Shown in pieces: positions 1-9,884 of a DNA stretch of 64,000 nt. The stretch lies in NCBI GenBank assembly GCA_000002435.2, contig CM018792.1; one strand, given 5' to 3'. This DNA is from Giardia intestinalis. Lineage: Eukaryota. Within the stretch, counting starts at the first letter, position 1; each line of letters opens with the position of its first letter. The notes below the pieces were generated by a model. It worked only from the letters and a program-made list of their open reading frames with translations, was not told where the DNA came from and ran no database searches. Made by a program: the position numbers and the translations under genes.

Positions 1-1275
1 CAAGAGCATACCATTGTATCCGGTCGGATCCCTGTCCCAGCGACCTCTTCCAGGTGTTTTCCCCAGTGCTACGAAGATGTAGAGCTTCATATGTTGGACT
101 ACTAGTTTCAAATTATTGACGAACCCATCAACTGCGTAATCTGCCACCTTCTCTAAATTGGAGTCGACACACCTCCATAACGAAACAAGACCGTGACAGC
201 CGGAGATAATAATATCGCCATTCGGAATGCAATCCAGGGCGGTCACCAATCTTCTACAGTAGTCTGTGGATGGTATAAATGTATGCCTTGCTGAATCACT
301 CTCAAGGAACCGCAAGCAGTCGTGGGGGTGCACTTGCATGACTGGCTTACGCTTCTCTAAAGTGTGCACTAGTAGCCCAAGGGCACATCCTGCAATGAAA
401 ACATCAGTTCTAATCCAACACACACACTCGAGTGAGACACCTGACGTAAAGATCAGTTGCGTCTGCTTGTTATAGTCGAAGAAACGCACTGACTTATCAA
501 CAGAACAAGTAATAACTGCATTGTGCTCTGCTCCCATGTCTGCACACCCCGTGATTTGATCTTCGTGTCCCCGTAAGGTGAACATCTCACAATGATCGTC
601 CAAGTTGAAGACCTTAAGAGTACTTTGCATACAGATAGTAAGTACGTGGCCAAAAATCCGCATTGATAACGCTACATTATCCAGAATGATGCTGAAGAGA
701 GATTTTCCCGTTCTCCCGTTGCGCACATTGACTAGGCAATCCAACCCTGTTGAAGCCACATATGCCCCATCGGCACTGGCAGCCAACGCAGTAATGCCTC
801 CAAAGTGTCCCTCGTGGTACGGATCCCGTATTCTTGAGGTTGAGTGTATGCTTGCGTAGGGGTGTCTGTTCAACCTGACCCCAATGATATCATAGCGAAA
901 CGGCTGTTTGCGGCCATGGACCCGGATTTTTGGCCTCCCCCGTACAATGAATAGCTGCTTCAGAGGCTTTTCTTCCGCGGAGATGTCTTCGATATTAGAT
1001 GGCTGCAGAGACCATGCAGAAACTGTCCCGTCACCAGACCCAAGGTAAATAGTATCATCGCTATGTGCTACGCAAGTAAATTCCATCTTGTGCCCGCCTC
1101 TGAGCATCAGTCGATCCTCTTTCGTTCCTCTGAAATGCGACAATATCTCCCTTGTGGCCACCTTGGAAAGAGCCTGAACCTGCTCCCGAAGAATTGACGC
1201 AACATCCCCACCAGCCTTTTTGATGACCTCTAGATCCTGAAGGGCAGATTGGCGTCGTAGAGCATCAGCACTCAT
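1..1275 (-). CDS. WD40-repeat protein, partial. The N-terminus is at 1275 and the reading frame runs off the window start. Possibly a U3-snoRNP/Rrp9-like protein.
   Basis: Reverse-strand translation from the ATG at 1273-1275 gives MSADALRRQSALQDLEVIKK followed by several WD40-like units (GHKMEFTCVAHSDDTIYLGSGDGTVSAWSL, TLRGHEDQITGCADM...SVDKSVRFFD). No stop codon occurs before position 1. The ORF track does not list it because it is open-ended. Confidence 0.55.
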   Translation of the reverse strand, partial: MSADALRRQSALQDLEVIKKAGGDVASILREQVQALSKVATREILSHFRGTKEDRLMLRGGHKMEFTCVAHSDDTIYLGSGDGTVSAWSLQPSNIEDISAEEKPLKQLFIVRGRPKIRVHGRKQPFRYDIIGVRLNRHPYASIHSTSRIRDPYHEGHFGGITALAASADGAYVASTGLDCLVNVRNGRTGKSLFSIILDNVALSMRIFGHVLTICMQSTLKVFNLDDHCEMFTLRGHEDQITGCADMGAEHNAVITCSVDKSVRFFDYNKQTQLIFTSGVSLECVCWIRTDVFIAGCALGLLVHTLEKRKPVMQVHPHDCLRFLESDSARHTFIPSTDYCRRLVTALDCIPNGDIIISGCHGLVSLWRCVDSNLEKVADYAVDGFVNNLKLVVQHMKLYIFVALGKTPGRGRWDRDPTGYNGMLL

Positions 1276-1307
1276 TTCAATTTATTGACTTGCTTTTTAA
1301 TTCTTTC

Positions 1308-2417
1308 ATGTGTCAATCTGAATGTGACCACCTGGAGCTGACGGTCGTTGAGAGGCAGCGGATAAGAGAGATGCTTCATCGTCCCCCCGTTTTACTCGTG
1401 ATAGGAATGGCTGGAGCAGGTAAGACGACCTTTATCCAGCGCTTGGCTGCTGAGCTCAACCAGCATCAGGCCGCGTATGCGTTAAAGCCACGAATACGGC
1501 AAGATATTGTTAGTAAGGTGCCTTATATCGTTAACCTGGATCCTGCTGTCTTGGACACTCCGTACATCCCCTCGGTCGACATCCGAGACACGTTTAACAT
1601 CGGAGACCTCATGAAGAAGCATCACTGGGGTCCCAACGGAGCCATCATGGCCACCCTTAACCTTTTCGCAACCAAGATCGATGAGCTGGACAACTTGATG
1701 CGTAAGAAGGCAGAGCGGACCTCTTGCTACGTCGTCGACACGCCTGGGCAGATAGAGGTATTTACTTGGAGCTCGTCAGGGGAGATAGTCTCTAAGTTCT
1801 TCGGCTCTGCATACCCCACCATTCTGCTCTATATCGTGGATAGCGAGCGTTGCCTTAATCCCATAACATTTGTAGCCTCTATGCTGTACTGCTGCAGCAT
1901 TATGGAGCGCCTTGAGCTCCCTGTAATCATAGTCTTTAACAAGAGCGATCTTATCGCTCCGTCTTTGAGTGTAGAGCCAGATACATTCAATAGGTGGGCA
2001 CCATGGGTCTATATGCGGAATAACGTTGCTCTCTCTGAGGCGTTTAGTGACTTCCAAGAGCGGAACGTTAATAGTATTGCTTATTCAGATATCTTCTACG
2101 AATCTCTGAGCACCATTCTGGAAGAGTTTTATAATGTAATAGATTACGTTAATGTAAGTAGCTACACAGGATTGGGATTTGAGGGGTTGCTGGACAAGAT
2201 TCGGAGAGTCAGTGCACAGTACATTGAGGAGTACCCGACCCGGTTGGATGAACATCGACGAGCTGTAGAACAAGAGAAGCAGCAAAAGGAACGCGAGAAA
2301 GAAGATCCCTACCAGAGTCTATTTGCAGATATGTCATTGCTGCCAACTCGCTATGTCTGTGGAGATGACGGGGTGGAGGTTCTAGAGGACTCGGCAAACC
2401 TGGATGGCGTTGACTAA
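1308..2417 (+). CDS. GPN-loop GTPase (XAB1/GPN1/Npa3 family).
   Basis: Walker A motif GMAGAGKTTF and the diagnostic GPN motif (HWGPNGAI) are present. Its length of ~370 aa with a charged C-terminal tail resembles GPN1. The track ORF begins at a TTG at 1290; the first ATG is at 1308. Confidence 0.8.
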   Translation: MCQSECDHLELTVVERQRIREMLHRPPVLLVIGMAGAGKTTFIQRLAAELNQHQAAYALKPRIRQDIVSKVPYIVNLDPAVLDTPYIPSVDIRDTFNIGDLMKKHHWGPNGAIMATLNLFATKIDELDNLMRKKAERTSCYVVDTPGQIEVFTWSSSGEIVSKFFGSAYPTILLYIVDSERCLNPITFVASMLYCCSIMERLELPVIIVFNKSDLIAPSLSVEPDTFNRWAPWVYMRNNVALSEAFSDFQERNVNSIAYSDIFYESLSTILEEFYNVIDYVNVSSYTGLGFEGLLDKIRRVSAQYIEEYPTRLDEHRRAVEQEKQQKEREKEDPYQSLFADMSLLPTRYVCGDDGVEVLEDSANLDGVD

Positions 2418-2441
2418 TAACTTGTAAGCTGCTGTGACAGA

Positions 2442-2448
2442 AGTAAAA
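2442..2448 (+). promoter_or_regulatory. Putative Giardia-type polyadenylation signal (AGTAAAA) about 25 nt after the GPN-loop GTPase stop codon.
   Basis: The Giardia AGTRAAY consensus is known to lie 10-30 nt downstream of stop codons. The motif is seen directly in the sequence. Confidence 0.35.
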
Positions 2449-2461
2449 CACACAAGGTGAT

Positions 2462-3115
2462 CTAATTTACGCACACTTCGACCTCACGGTCCTCCTCTAT
2501 CTCCACAGAGTCAGGCCTATCTTCGTTCTTATCTCTAACGGTGCCAATGGCCGCAGAATGGTGCACAGACGTATCAGTCAAGACCGGGTCGTGGCTAGGG
2601 ATTGCATTTATGTCTCGCTCGATAGTGATCTCGTCCATTAATTCGGCCATCATGTTATCGACCTCGTCTTTGTTTCCTGAGATGATCTGGTCTATCTCAT
2701 TTATGCTCGCCTTATCTGCTGCTACGTGCTGTTGAATCTCGTCCATCGTTTCTTTTAGCTTCTCCCCGTCAATCTGCATTTTGTTCAACAGCTCATTAGT
2801 CTTCTTCATGGCATCAACAAGGGATATCTGACTGACTCTCTCTTGAAGGAGACGCTTCTGGCGTGCTGCCTCGACGCAGGTCACCGAGAGGAGACTGGAG
2901 TACTTCTTTGCTTCCTTTTCGAGACACAAGTACATCTTTGCTAGATCAGTGTTGTGATCCTTAAGACTCTGAATGGCTTTCTTATGAAACTCGCTTGCAC
3001 GCGCAGAAGCCTGCTCGGCTTGTGTGTTTCGTCTGTCGCACTCATTCTGGAGTTTAAGAAGTGCTATGTCCAGCTCGTTGAACTTCTTGTTTGCCTTTTT
3101 TCCAAACAAGCCCAT
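2462..3115 (-). CDS. Snf7-family ESCRT-III subunit (CHMP/Vps60-like).
   Basis: It has an MGLFGKK N-terminus, a ~215 aa coiled-coil architecture and an acidic C-terminus typical of Snf7/CHMP proteins. Confidence 0.55.
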   Translation of the reverse strand: MGLFGKKANKKFNELDIALLKLQNECDRRNTQAEQASARASEFHKKAIQSLKDHNTDLAKMYLCLEKEAKKYSSLLSVTCVEAARQKRLLQERVSQISLVDAMKKTNELLNKMQIDGEKLKETMDEIQQHVAADKASINEIDQIISGNKDEVDNMMAELMDEITIERDINAIPSHDPVLTDTSVHHSAAIGTVRDKNEDRPDSVEIEEDREVEVCVN

Positions 3116-3241
3116 AGGTTTCTAGTGTAAGCTTCTAGCGTAAGTTTCTAGTGTAAGATGGGCTTTATTTTTGTTTCAGGGAAATGTATTCGAGAAATAT
3201 AAATTCTATGCATTAATATTTTTTGAAAGCAAGCTCCCCGC

Positions 3242-5083
3242 ATGAGGACATCTCCGAAGGCCCTGGAAAAGGGGTCAAAGCAAAAAATGATCGTGCAAAT
3301 AGGACCTTACTATATAAATGCAAGGCCGCGGGCAAAGGGCGGGTACAGCTATGTGTACCAGGGCTGGCATGAGAGCGACGAACGGATCCAGTTAGCATTC
3401 AAGCTTCTCCTTCTTCACGATCGCCGTGGTTTCCTTAGCAGGTCGCAGACAAGAGACATCGACAACATGGTGTCCTTGGTGGATGCTATGAGCAGGAGAC
3501 CGGGTGCAACCAGCAATCACCCGGATCTATATGTAGATTTTCCGTTTCTTCCCCTTCTAGATATCATCGATGTCAGTTCATCTACCAAAAGCAATGTACA
3601 TCGCTTAAAGGAGTACGAGAGCGAAGCGAATGCAGAACTTTCCCTCCTGCTTGTCTTCCCCTTTTGTGAGTTAGATCTTAAGACCTACCTCAAGCACGGC
3701 TCTCTTTATTCTGCAAAAGAAGAGGATGTGCTGCGTGTTGCTTATCAGATTCTTCGGGCCGTTGGAATTATGCATTCTTTAGGATGGTCGCACAGGGATC
3801 TCAAACCAGAGAATATGCTTATCTCCAGGGATGGCCAGCTGCTTCTCTGTGATTTTGGCATGGCACGCTGTGAAGTGACCTTTCTGCGACGGTTTGGAGT
3901 CAGCTACAACTATGATTACAGAGGAAATAGTTACACAGACACTAAGATGCCGATTAGAGAATACGACGAACGGTGTGCCGTTGCATATGATCCACTCGAG
4001 GGCTTAGACCGCACACAGCAGCCGGGGATCGTCTCGCGTCGCCTCCTCCCACCAGCTGGTGCCACATCCATCTGTGGGACCATATGGTGGCGAGCACCGG
4101 AGCAATCCTTCAGGAAGAACGTCAACTGCTCAGGGTTCATTGGTGACTCGTGGAGCCTCGGGTGCATTTTGATACAGTTGTTATTCGATTACCCCGCCTT
4201 TCACTCCAAGGACAGGGACGAGAATACTGGCTCAGGGGAAGTCCTTGCTTACGTCAACCAGCTCCGGCCACTGGCAGAGAATGAAGACTTCCTGGAGGCT
4301 ATAGTTTCTTTCAACGGTGTGTCTCGATCATTCATAGATTCCTTTAGGGCTGTCACAACGAAGCTGAATAAGGCTCGCGCAGCAGACCTGCAACGGATTT
4401 TAGCCATGCCACGCGAGCAAGTAGAGGCAGTATTGGCAAATGCACGCGACAGTAATGCTGGACGTGAAGACAGCAATTTACAGGAACCGCCAGTTAAACA
4501 CAGCGACGACCCACTGAAACAGATACCTTCACACATTAAGCAACTGATTATACTCAACAGACACGCTATACTATCGCCATACAGGGACTGCGACGCGATC
4601 TACTCCACAAGCAGATACACCTTGAAACAAGCATGCTTTTTAATGCTGGTTCTCCGGTTTGCACCCTTGCCAAAGGTTGTGGAGATGATGGACAAACCCG
4701 CCATCTCCGTGCAAGAGCTCACCATACTCCTAGAGCTGTCGCCGACAGCTATATGCTTCTACAATATGTACTCAGACCTGGTGTCCAAATTAATGAACCC
4801 TAACCCCCTTCGCCGCCTGATGCCCACAGAGGCCTTGACACATCCTATCTTTGACAACGTTCAGAACTCCTTTTTCTTCAAGCTGAATACCAGCAACTCT
4901 ACGTTTACCAAGCCCGACGAAACCAACAGCGCGAACAACTTCCTTCAGAAGATTAGCGCCATTCTAAACAGAAAGGTGGACTTCAACAAGGATTACCTGC
5001 CGGTTTTATTGAATGAAATCTCACACAGAACCCTCGACGAACTAGTCTTCACTTATTGTCCAAATTCACTAGACGACGTCTAG
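3242..5083 (+). CDS. Ser/Thr protein kinase, predicted active.
   Basis: The catalytic loop HRDLKPENML (about 3791-3820), DFG (LCDFGMA) and an APE-like segment (WWRAPEQ) are all present. A long C-terminal extension follows the kinase domain. Confidence 0.8.
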   Translation: MRTSPKALEKGSKQKMIVQIGPYYINARPRAKGGYSYVYQGWHESDERIQLAFKLLLLHDRRGFLSRSQTRDIDNMVSLVDAMSRRPGATSNHPDLYVDFPFLPLLDIIDVSSSTKSNVHRLKEYESEANAELSLLLVFPFCELDLKTYLKHGSLYSAKEEDVLRVAYQILRAVGIMHSLGWSHRDLKPENMLISRDGQLLLCDFGMARCEVTFLRRFGVSYNYDYRGNSYTDTKMPIREYDERCAVAYDPLEGLDRTQQPGIVSRRLLPPAGATSICGTIWWRAPEQSFRKNVNCSGFIGDSWSLGCILIQLLFDYPAFHSKDRDENTGSGEVLAYVNQLRPLAENEDFLEAIVSFNGVSRSFIDSFRAVTTKLNKARAADLQRILAMPREQVEAVLANARDSNAGREDSNLQEPPVKHSDDPLKQIPSHIKQLIILNRHAILSPYRDCDAIYSTSRYTLKQACFLMLVLRFAPLPKVVEMMDKPAISVQELTILLELSPTAICFYNMYSDLVSKLMNPNPLRRLMPTEALTHPIFDNVQNSFFFKLNTSNSTFTKPDETNSANNFLQKISAILNRKVDFNKDYLPVLLNEISHRTLDELVFTYCPNSLDDV

Positions 5084-5091
5084 TCAAAAAA

Positions 5092-5613
5092 ATGAATTTG
5101 CTTCTAAAGGTGAATTATTTCAGTGATCACGTCATAAAAACATTAAAATCCAATTTCCATGTTAACTTTAAAAGAGCAAAGCTAACTGAAACGACCATGC
5201 GTCCAAGAAATCCAGATATTGCACAAATAACGTGCAGGGCGGTCATTAAGCTGGAGTTATGCCCTCACAAGGCTGCTCGCATATTTGGTTTGCATCCTCG
5301 AACTCTATACCACTGGATGTCCCAGTACCGAGGCGGTACACTCATGGAGTCCCGCTCGAAAACCCCGCGACCTCTTCAGGAGGACGTTTGCAAGCTCTTC
5401 ATTGAGATGAAGGCTCAGTCCTCGTCTGTCCATCTCAAGGAGCTGAAGGACGCCCTCGCAGAAAGGCTAGGGATAAACGTTTGCCTATCAACAGTTCACA
5501 ATTGGTTGGCTAAGTGGGAGAGCTCGAACGCCATGGCAGACGGAAGCAATCGTGCTAGCCACAGTCAACATAACACGCACAACCCCCACAGTAGTCACAA
5601 TGCTCATTGCTAG
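5092..5613 (+). CDS. Small protein with a Tc1/mariner (IS630)-type bipartite paired-like HTH DNA-binding domain and no transposase catalytic (DDE/D) domain.
   Basis: First HTH: KAARIFGLHPRTLYHWMSQY. A basic linker (SRSKTPRPLQED) follows. Second HTH: LKELKDALAERLGINVCLSTVHNWLAKW. The protein ends in a His-rich tail and the ORF terminates at 5613. The track start at 5056 is a TTG; the first ATG is at 5092. Confidence 0.45.
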   Translation: MNLLLKVNYFSDHVIKTLKSNFHVNFKRAKLTETTMRPRNPDIAQITCRAVIKLELCPHKAARIFGLHPRTLYHWMSQYRGGTLMESRSKTPRPLQEDVCKLFIEMKAQSSSVHLKELKDALAERLGINVCLSTVHNWLAKWESSNAMADGSNRASHSQHNTHNPHSSHNAHC

Positions 5614-5657
5614 ACGATTGACTGGCTGCACCTCAGCTCGTCTCGGTCGCAGTTTGG

Positions 5658-6857
5658 CTACTTTGTAGTAAATGATAAGTCGTTTGCGATACTGACAAGT
5701 TCTGCGGCGTCCTCCAAGGCCAGACTAAGTTTGTAAATATCTCTGAGACGGCCAAGGAGACTGGACCCAAGTACTCTGTTGAAACACTCGTTCATGTTGA
5801 TCAGGCCCTTTGCCTCTTTGTGATACAACTGAACCTTTTGCTGGAGCTCTGGACCAACTCCTCCCAGAAGGTCTTCTATGCTTGCACGATCGGTAAGGAA
5901 CGTATGACGCTCTTCTACGACCGCGGCAATTCGCTCGAGAAGATTCTTCACGGCTCCATGGACTTCCGATATCTCCTGGGTGCGTGTGTGCAGCTTGTGT
6001 ACCAAAAGCTCATTATCTGTTTTGAGAGACTCGTGTTTGAGTAGCAGATCATCTAATGTAGCGTTCAGGTCAGCAACCTGTTGCTCTAGGGCAGAGACCA
6101 CCACCCTATGTGCGTTTTGTTTTTCTATGAGACTGCCCGCAGATGCATCATACTCCGCAGACAACGCCTGTTCAAGACTCAGCGAAGACGCTTCCTCCTT
6201 GGTCAGACGCGTGTAGACACCGGAAACATAGTCCATGGAGGCGCTCAGACTACGGAGGTTATCGTAGCTGCGCATCACCGGAGCACCCTCACTCCGGTCT
6301 GTAGGCCCCGACTCGAACGCGCTGTCTGTCAGAAGACGGTCGTGGGCAGCCTCGATAAATGAGCCGTACACGCCGTAGGTCTTGTTCCTCTCCATAAGAA
6401 TAGAGAGCAGGGCCGTCGCCCCCGCGATGGTGTCTGTGAGCCCCGACATCTCCTGCATGACACATGAGATTCCTTCGTAGCGCTTTGCTGTCAGCCGGAG
6501 ATTCTTGTTCTGCTTGTCCTTGCTACGCGAGACATATATGTCTATCTCGGCTTTGCGCCGCATAAGCTCCTGTCGCCGAATTTCTAGGGCTTTCTCTCTG
6601 GCCGCAAGCTGAGCCGAACGAGCTTCGTACTCTGCCTGTGTCTGTTTCAGGATGGCGGTGATCTCCGCAAGATTCTGCTCCTGTTCCTCTAGCTCTGTAT
6701 TATACACTCCAGTGGGCTGAGAAATCTCGTGCTCTGCAAGCCTGTACTTGACCGCCTGAATATCTGTATGAGTCAAGAAGGTCTTCTGGGCGTGACCTGT
6801 AGCTGAGAGTGAAAGCTTTGGTAGTGGTGCATTGACTGTGTTGCCATGTTTTCGCAT
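5658..6857 (-). CDS. Coiled-coil protein, hypothetical.
   Basis: A 399 aa ORF starting at an ATG, with long heptad-like E/K/L/Q-rich stretches. No recognisable catalytic motif. Confidence 0.5.
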   Translation of the reverse strand: MRKHGNTVNAPLPKLSLSATGHAQKTFLTHTDIQAVKYRLAEHEISQPTGVYNTELEEQEQNLAEITAILKQTQAEYEARSAQLAAREKALEIRRQELMRRKAEIDIYVSRSKDKQNKNLRLTAKRYEGISCVMQEMSGLTDTIAGATALLSILMERNKTYGVYGSFIEAAHDRLLTDSAFESGPTDRSEGAPVMRSYDNLRSLSASMDYVSGVYTRLTKEEASSLSLEQALSAEYDASAGSLIEKQNAHRVVVSALEQQVADLNATLDDLLLKHESLKTDNELLVHKLHTRTQEISEVHGAVKNLLERIAAVVEERHTFLTDRASIEDLLGGVGPELQQKVQLYHKEAKGLINMNECFNRVLGSSLLGRLRDIYKLSLALEDAAELVSIANDLSFTTK

Positions 6858-6882
6858 TTTAGTTTAACTTTAGATCCATCCC

Positions 6883-9879
6883 CTAGTTATCAAACAGGCT
6901 GAGATAGTTAGTCTCGATAGTTGCCTTCCGGTGCATCCACGCGTGCTTAAACCAGCTCACTATATTGATCATGCTCAGGACCATGACTGCAGTCAATACC
7001 CCCATCAAAAGAATCACTACTAAGAGCGAAGACATTGGTAAAATGCAGCTCAAACGATCACTGCTTACTCGGAAAAAGGGAGGACAGGTCTCCATTACGT
7101 TCCTGGCTTCATAGATTCCGCATGCCCCTGGATCTGCGAAGATTGAAAAGGGGAGAGGACTTGGGCACGCTGTACAGTTAATGATCGCTGTGCCGGAAGA
7201 AGATCCTCCAGTTGAGATGCAGTCAGATTGGCAGGCATCAGTACAGTTTCCTCCACTTACACTGAAAAACACATTCTGGCCTATTTTCATCTTGGGCGCC
7301 TCTACATACACGTTTCCCCCAGCCCCACTGCCGCCACAAACCACACGATTTGAGACATTGTCTAACTTGGAAGATCGTCCTTCCTCGCCATTTGCCACAA
7401 TGGACCCTAAGAGGGTAAGATGAACCGCTGCAACAATGTACGCAGTACCTCCTGCCCGACCACCCAGGACCCCGTCACATGTATCCCCCGGATTTCCCGA
7501 AATCTGACCCTTGTTGGAGTCGTGCAGTTTGTAAAGCCGTATGCTTGTATTGACTAGGGGCGCAGGGCTTCCTCGACTGCACCCGCCAAACAAGACATTT
7601 GAACCACCACAGCAATTAAATTGTCGCCGTGTTGACATGGGTCCGTGAAGAATAAGTGAGCCAAGGGAAACAAATGGTGCTTGAATGTACAAAGTAGGGT
7701 CCTTGTATGAATTAGAGGCTAAGAAAATATACCCGAGAAGCTCTACTGTTGAGGCTACCGCTTGAATTCTGTTTGCAACTATCAATCCAGCTTCAGATTG
7801 TTTCATGTATGTGCTCGAAATCCTCAACGATCCTTCTATCGCGGTGGCTTGGGTGAGCAGCTGTTTGCCATTAACTACCGAAAGGAGGCCCTCAAATGTG
7901 CTATCATGATCAATGAACAAGTTAGACATTACGGAGATAGGAAGCCCGTTAGCCTCTAGTGATCCCCATGTATGCTTAACGTGAACTTTGCCTCTAATAT
8001 CAAGAGAATTTATGGCTACAGACTTATAGGCCCTTACATAGATAGCTTTGCGGAGTGCATCGAACCTGGCATTTGCATCTGATGACGATAAGAGCAAGAG
8101 TGACATTGTGTATTGAGAAGACAGCGTGCCGGCGTAAAACAGGTTGTGCACATAGCAATCCAATGTATGGTGATACTGATTTGGCCCAGGCAGTCGCATG
8201 AGAGTGCCATAGTTGATCACAACGTTTGCATCTATTAGGGCAGCACCGAGTAGGTAGCCGCGTTCAACATATAGAGTTCCTGGCTCGAATAATAGATAAG
8301 TTAGGCAGTCATCCTCAGATAAGAACAGTTGGGTATTTGATTCATTAGATGGTGCTCCTATTGTCTGAATACAGGTCAAATAAAGGTTCTCATCGTCCAA
8401 TGGGACTTCAGTCATGGGTTGCAGGTATATGCTTTCTATGTACAGGCTACGGTTTATATTTTCGTTAATTAGGTATTCTGAAAGTATCTCCTTTCTTGAC
8501 TCACCCATAGAAGACTGACCCCCTGGATTGGTGTCTGCTAAGTGCTGTGTTTTGTTTGCAAGTGGCAAGCTGCGTACCTGGAGATAAGATGTCTTTGTGA
8601 CTGTTAGGTGGGCCAGCATTCCGCTGCTAATTATGGCACCGTCTTCAAAGTAAAGGTAGCTCAGATCAGCATATATATGCCCGACCAAAACGCGCATCTT
8701 GAAGACAGCAGACGCCACCCGTGAGAGTTTAAGAGAATTGACCACCAGCAGCCGGTGCTCAACAGTTAGATTATTAATGTTATAAAATGAATATTGCATT
8801 ATATTAATAGAAGAGGATTTGGAAGTAAATGATTCAAGGCCGTCTGCAACCAGAGTATCCCCTTCAAGAAGACTTCCTTCGTATAGGGTAACTGAATACA
8901 GATATGAGTAGTCGGATTGTGTAACATTGGGCGAGGTGCCGTCAGCTGGCTGTGGCTTATGTGTAGACTGCATTTGATAGTCTTGTTGGGCAAAGTAAAT
9001 GGTTTCGAATGATAAAGCACCTTTTATTTGTGTTCCAGCACTAAGTTCAATGGTATCTGCAGTGATGGTCCCGTACGTGTGTACCCAGGTATCGCCCTTA
9101 GCCCGCAGAGCATAGGCAACAACTGAGGCATTGGCTTTGATACTGTCTGTCGTGATGTTCTGTGTAACAGATATAAGAGCATGGCTATTTAAGCTTATCG
9201 CCTTGGCAAATAAAGAGCCAGAGATCGAAAGAATAGACTCGGTGCTTACCTCCAGCAACACCACATCTATGCCCTGGCAAGCTAGGGAGCTCTTGTCCCA
9301 TAACTCGAGGGTTCCTAGCTTGATGGGAATGGACGCGCGTATTATCGAGCCACGGGTCAAGACCAGCCTGTCTGAAACAGTGAACGAGGAGTCTATGGAT
9401 GACGACACATTCACCAGATGCAGTTGCAGCGCATCGAGGCCCAAGATTTGGGTGGGTCGAGAGGAGTGCAAGCTAAGATTAACGTCTGGGGCATAAACTG
9501 CAATGGGGCTGTTAATAAGCATTATAGCAGCGCTTATTACGTTAGTTCGCTTGCCCGGGGCTTGGCTTTCGCACGAATAGGTAACGGTGAGGGAAGCCTC
9601 GATGACCACAAAAGATAAATAGAGAGAATCCACCCTGTTAGCGGCATAGATACTGATGTTTGTAGGCGACGTAGCGATCAAGTCGCCATACTGGAACGCT
9701 TGCGTGCAGATTATCGACACATTATGTAAAATCTTAGTCGTGGTGACCCATGGCGGTGGGCAGCCGTAGCACGACTCCGTGAGCTGCTCGTCTGTCCATG
9801 TATTGATTTTTTCGCAGACAGACACCACAGAGAGCGTAGAGGGAAGACATAGAAGACATGTTAGCAACAATAGAGACAT
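6883..9879 (-). CDS. Large secreted, type-I membrane protein (signal peptide, ~950 aa ectodomain, C-terminal TM helix), hypothetical.
   Basis: The N-terminus MSLLLLTCLLCLPSTLSVVSV looks like a signal peptide. A Gly/Cys-rich segment lies near the C-terminus (CCGGSNVLFGGCSRG, GGSGAGGNVYVEA, SGGNCTDACQSDC). The hydrophobic stretch LLVVILLMGVLTAVMVLSMINIV is followed by a short basic tail. Confidence 0.55.
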   Translation of the reverse strand: MSLLLLTCLLCLPSTLSVVSVCEKINTWTDEQLTESCYGCPPPWVTTTKILHNVSIICTQAFQYGDLIATSPTNISIYAANRVDSLYLSFVVIEASLTVTYSCESQAPGKRTNVISAAIMLINSPIAVYAPDVNLSLHSSRPTQILGLDALQLHLVNVSSSIDSSFTVSDRLVLTRGSIIRASIPIKLGTLELWDKSSLACQGIDVVLLEVSTESILSISGSLFAKAISLNSHALISVTQNITTDSIKANASVVAYALRAKGDTWVHTYGTITADTIELSAGTQIKGALSFETIYFAQQDYQMQSTHKPQPADGTSPNVTQSDYSYLYSVTLYEGSLLEGDTLVADGLESFTSKSSSINIMQYSFYNINNLTVEHRLLVVNSLKLSRVASAVFKMRVLVGHIYADLSYLYFEDGAIISSGMLAHLTVTKTSYLQVRSLPLANKTQHLADTNPGGQSSMGESRKEILSEYLINENINRSLYIESIYLQPMTEVPLDDENLYLTCIQTIGAPSNESNTQLFLSEDDCLTYLLFEPGTLYVERGYLLGAALIDANVVINYGTLMRLPGPNQYHHTLDCYVHNLFYAGTLSSQYTMSLLLLSSSDANARFDALRKAIYVRAYKSVAINSLDIRGKVHVKHTWGSLEANGLPISVMSNLFIDHDSTFEGLLSVVNGKQLLTQATAIEGSLRISSTYMKQSEAGLIVANRIQAVASTVELLGYIFLASNSYKDPTLYIQAPFVSLGSLILHGPMSTRRQFNCCGGSNVLFGGCSRGSPAPLVNTSIRLYKLHDSNKGQISGNPGDTCDGVLGGRAGGTAYIVAAVHLTLLGSIVANGEEGRSSKLDNVSNRVVCGGSGAGGNVYVEAPKMKIGQNVFFSVSGGNCTDACQSDCISTGGSSSGTAIINCTACPSPLPFSIFADPGACGIYEARNVMETCPPFFRVSSDRLSCILPMSSLLVVILLMGVLTAVMVLSMINIVSWFKHAWMHRKATIETNYLSLFDN

Positions 9880-9884
9880 TTACT

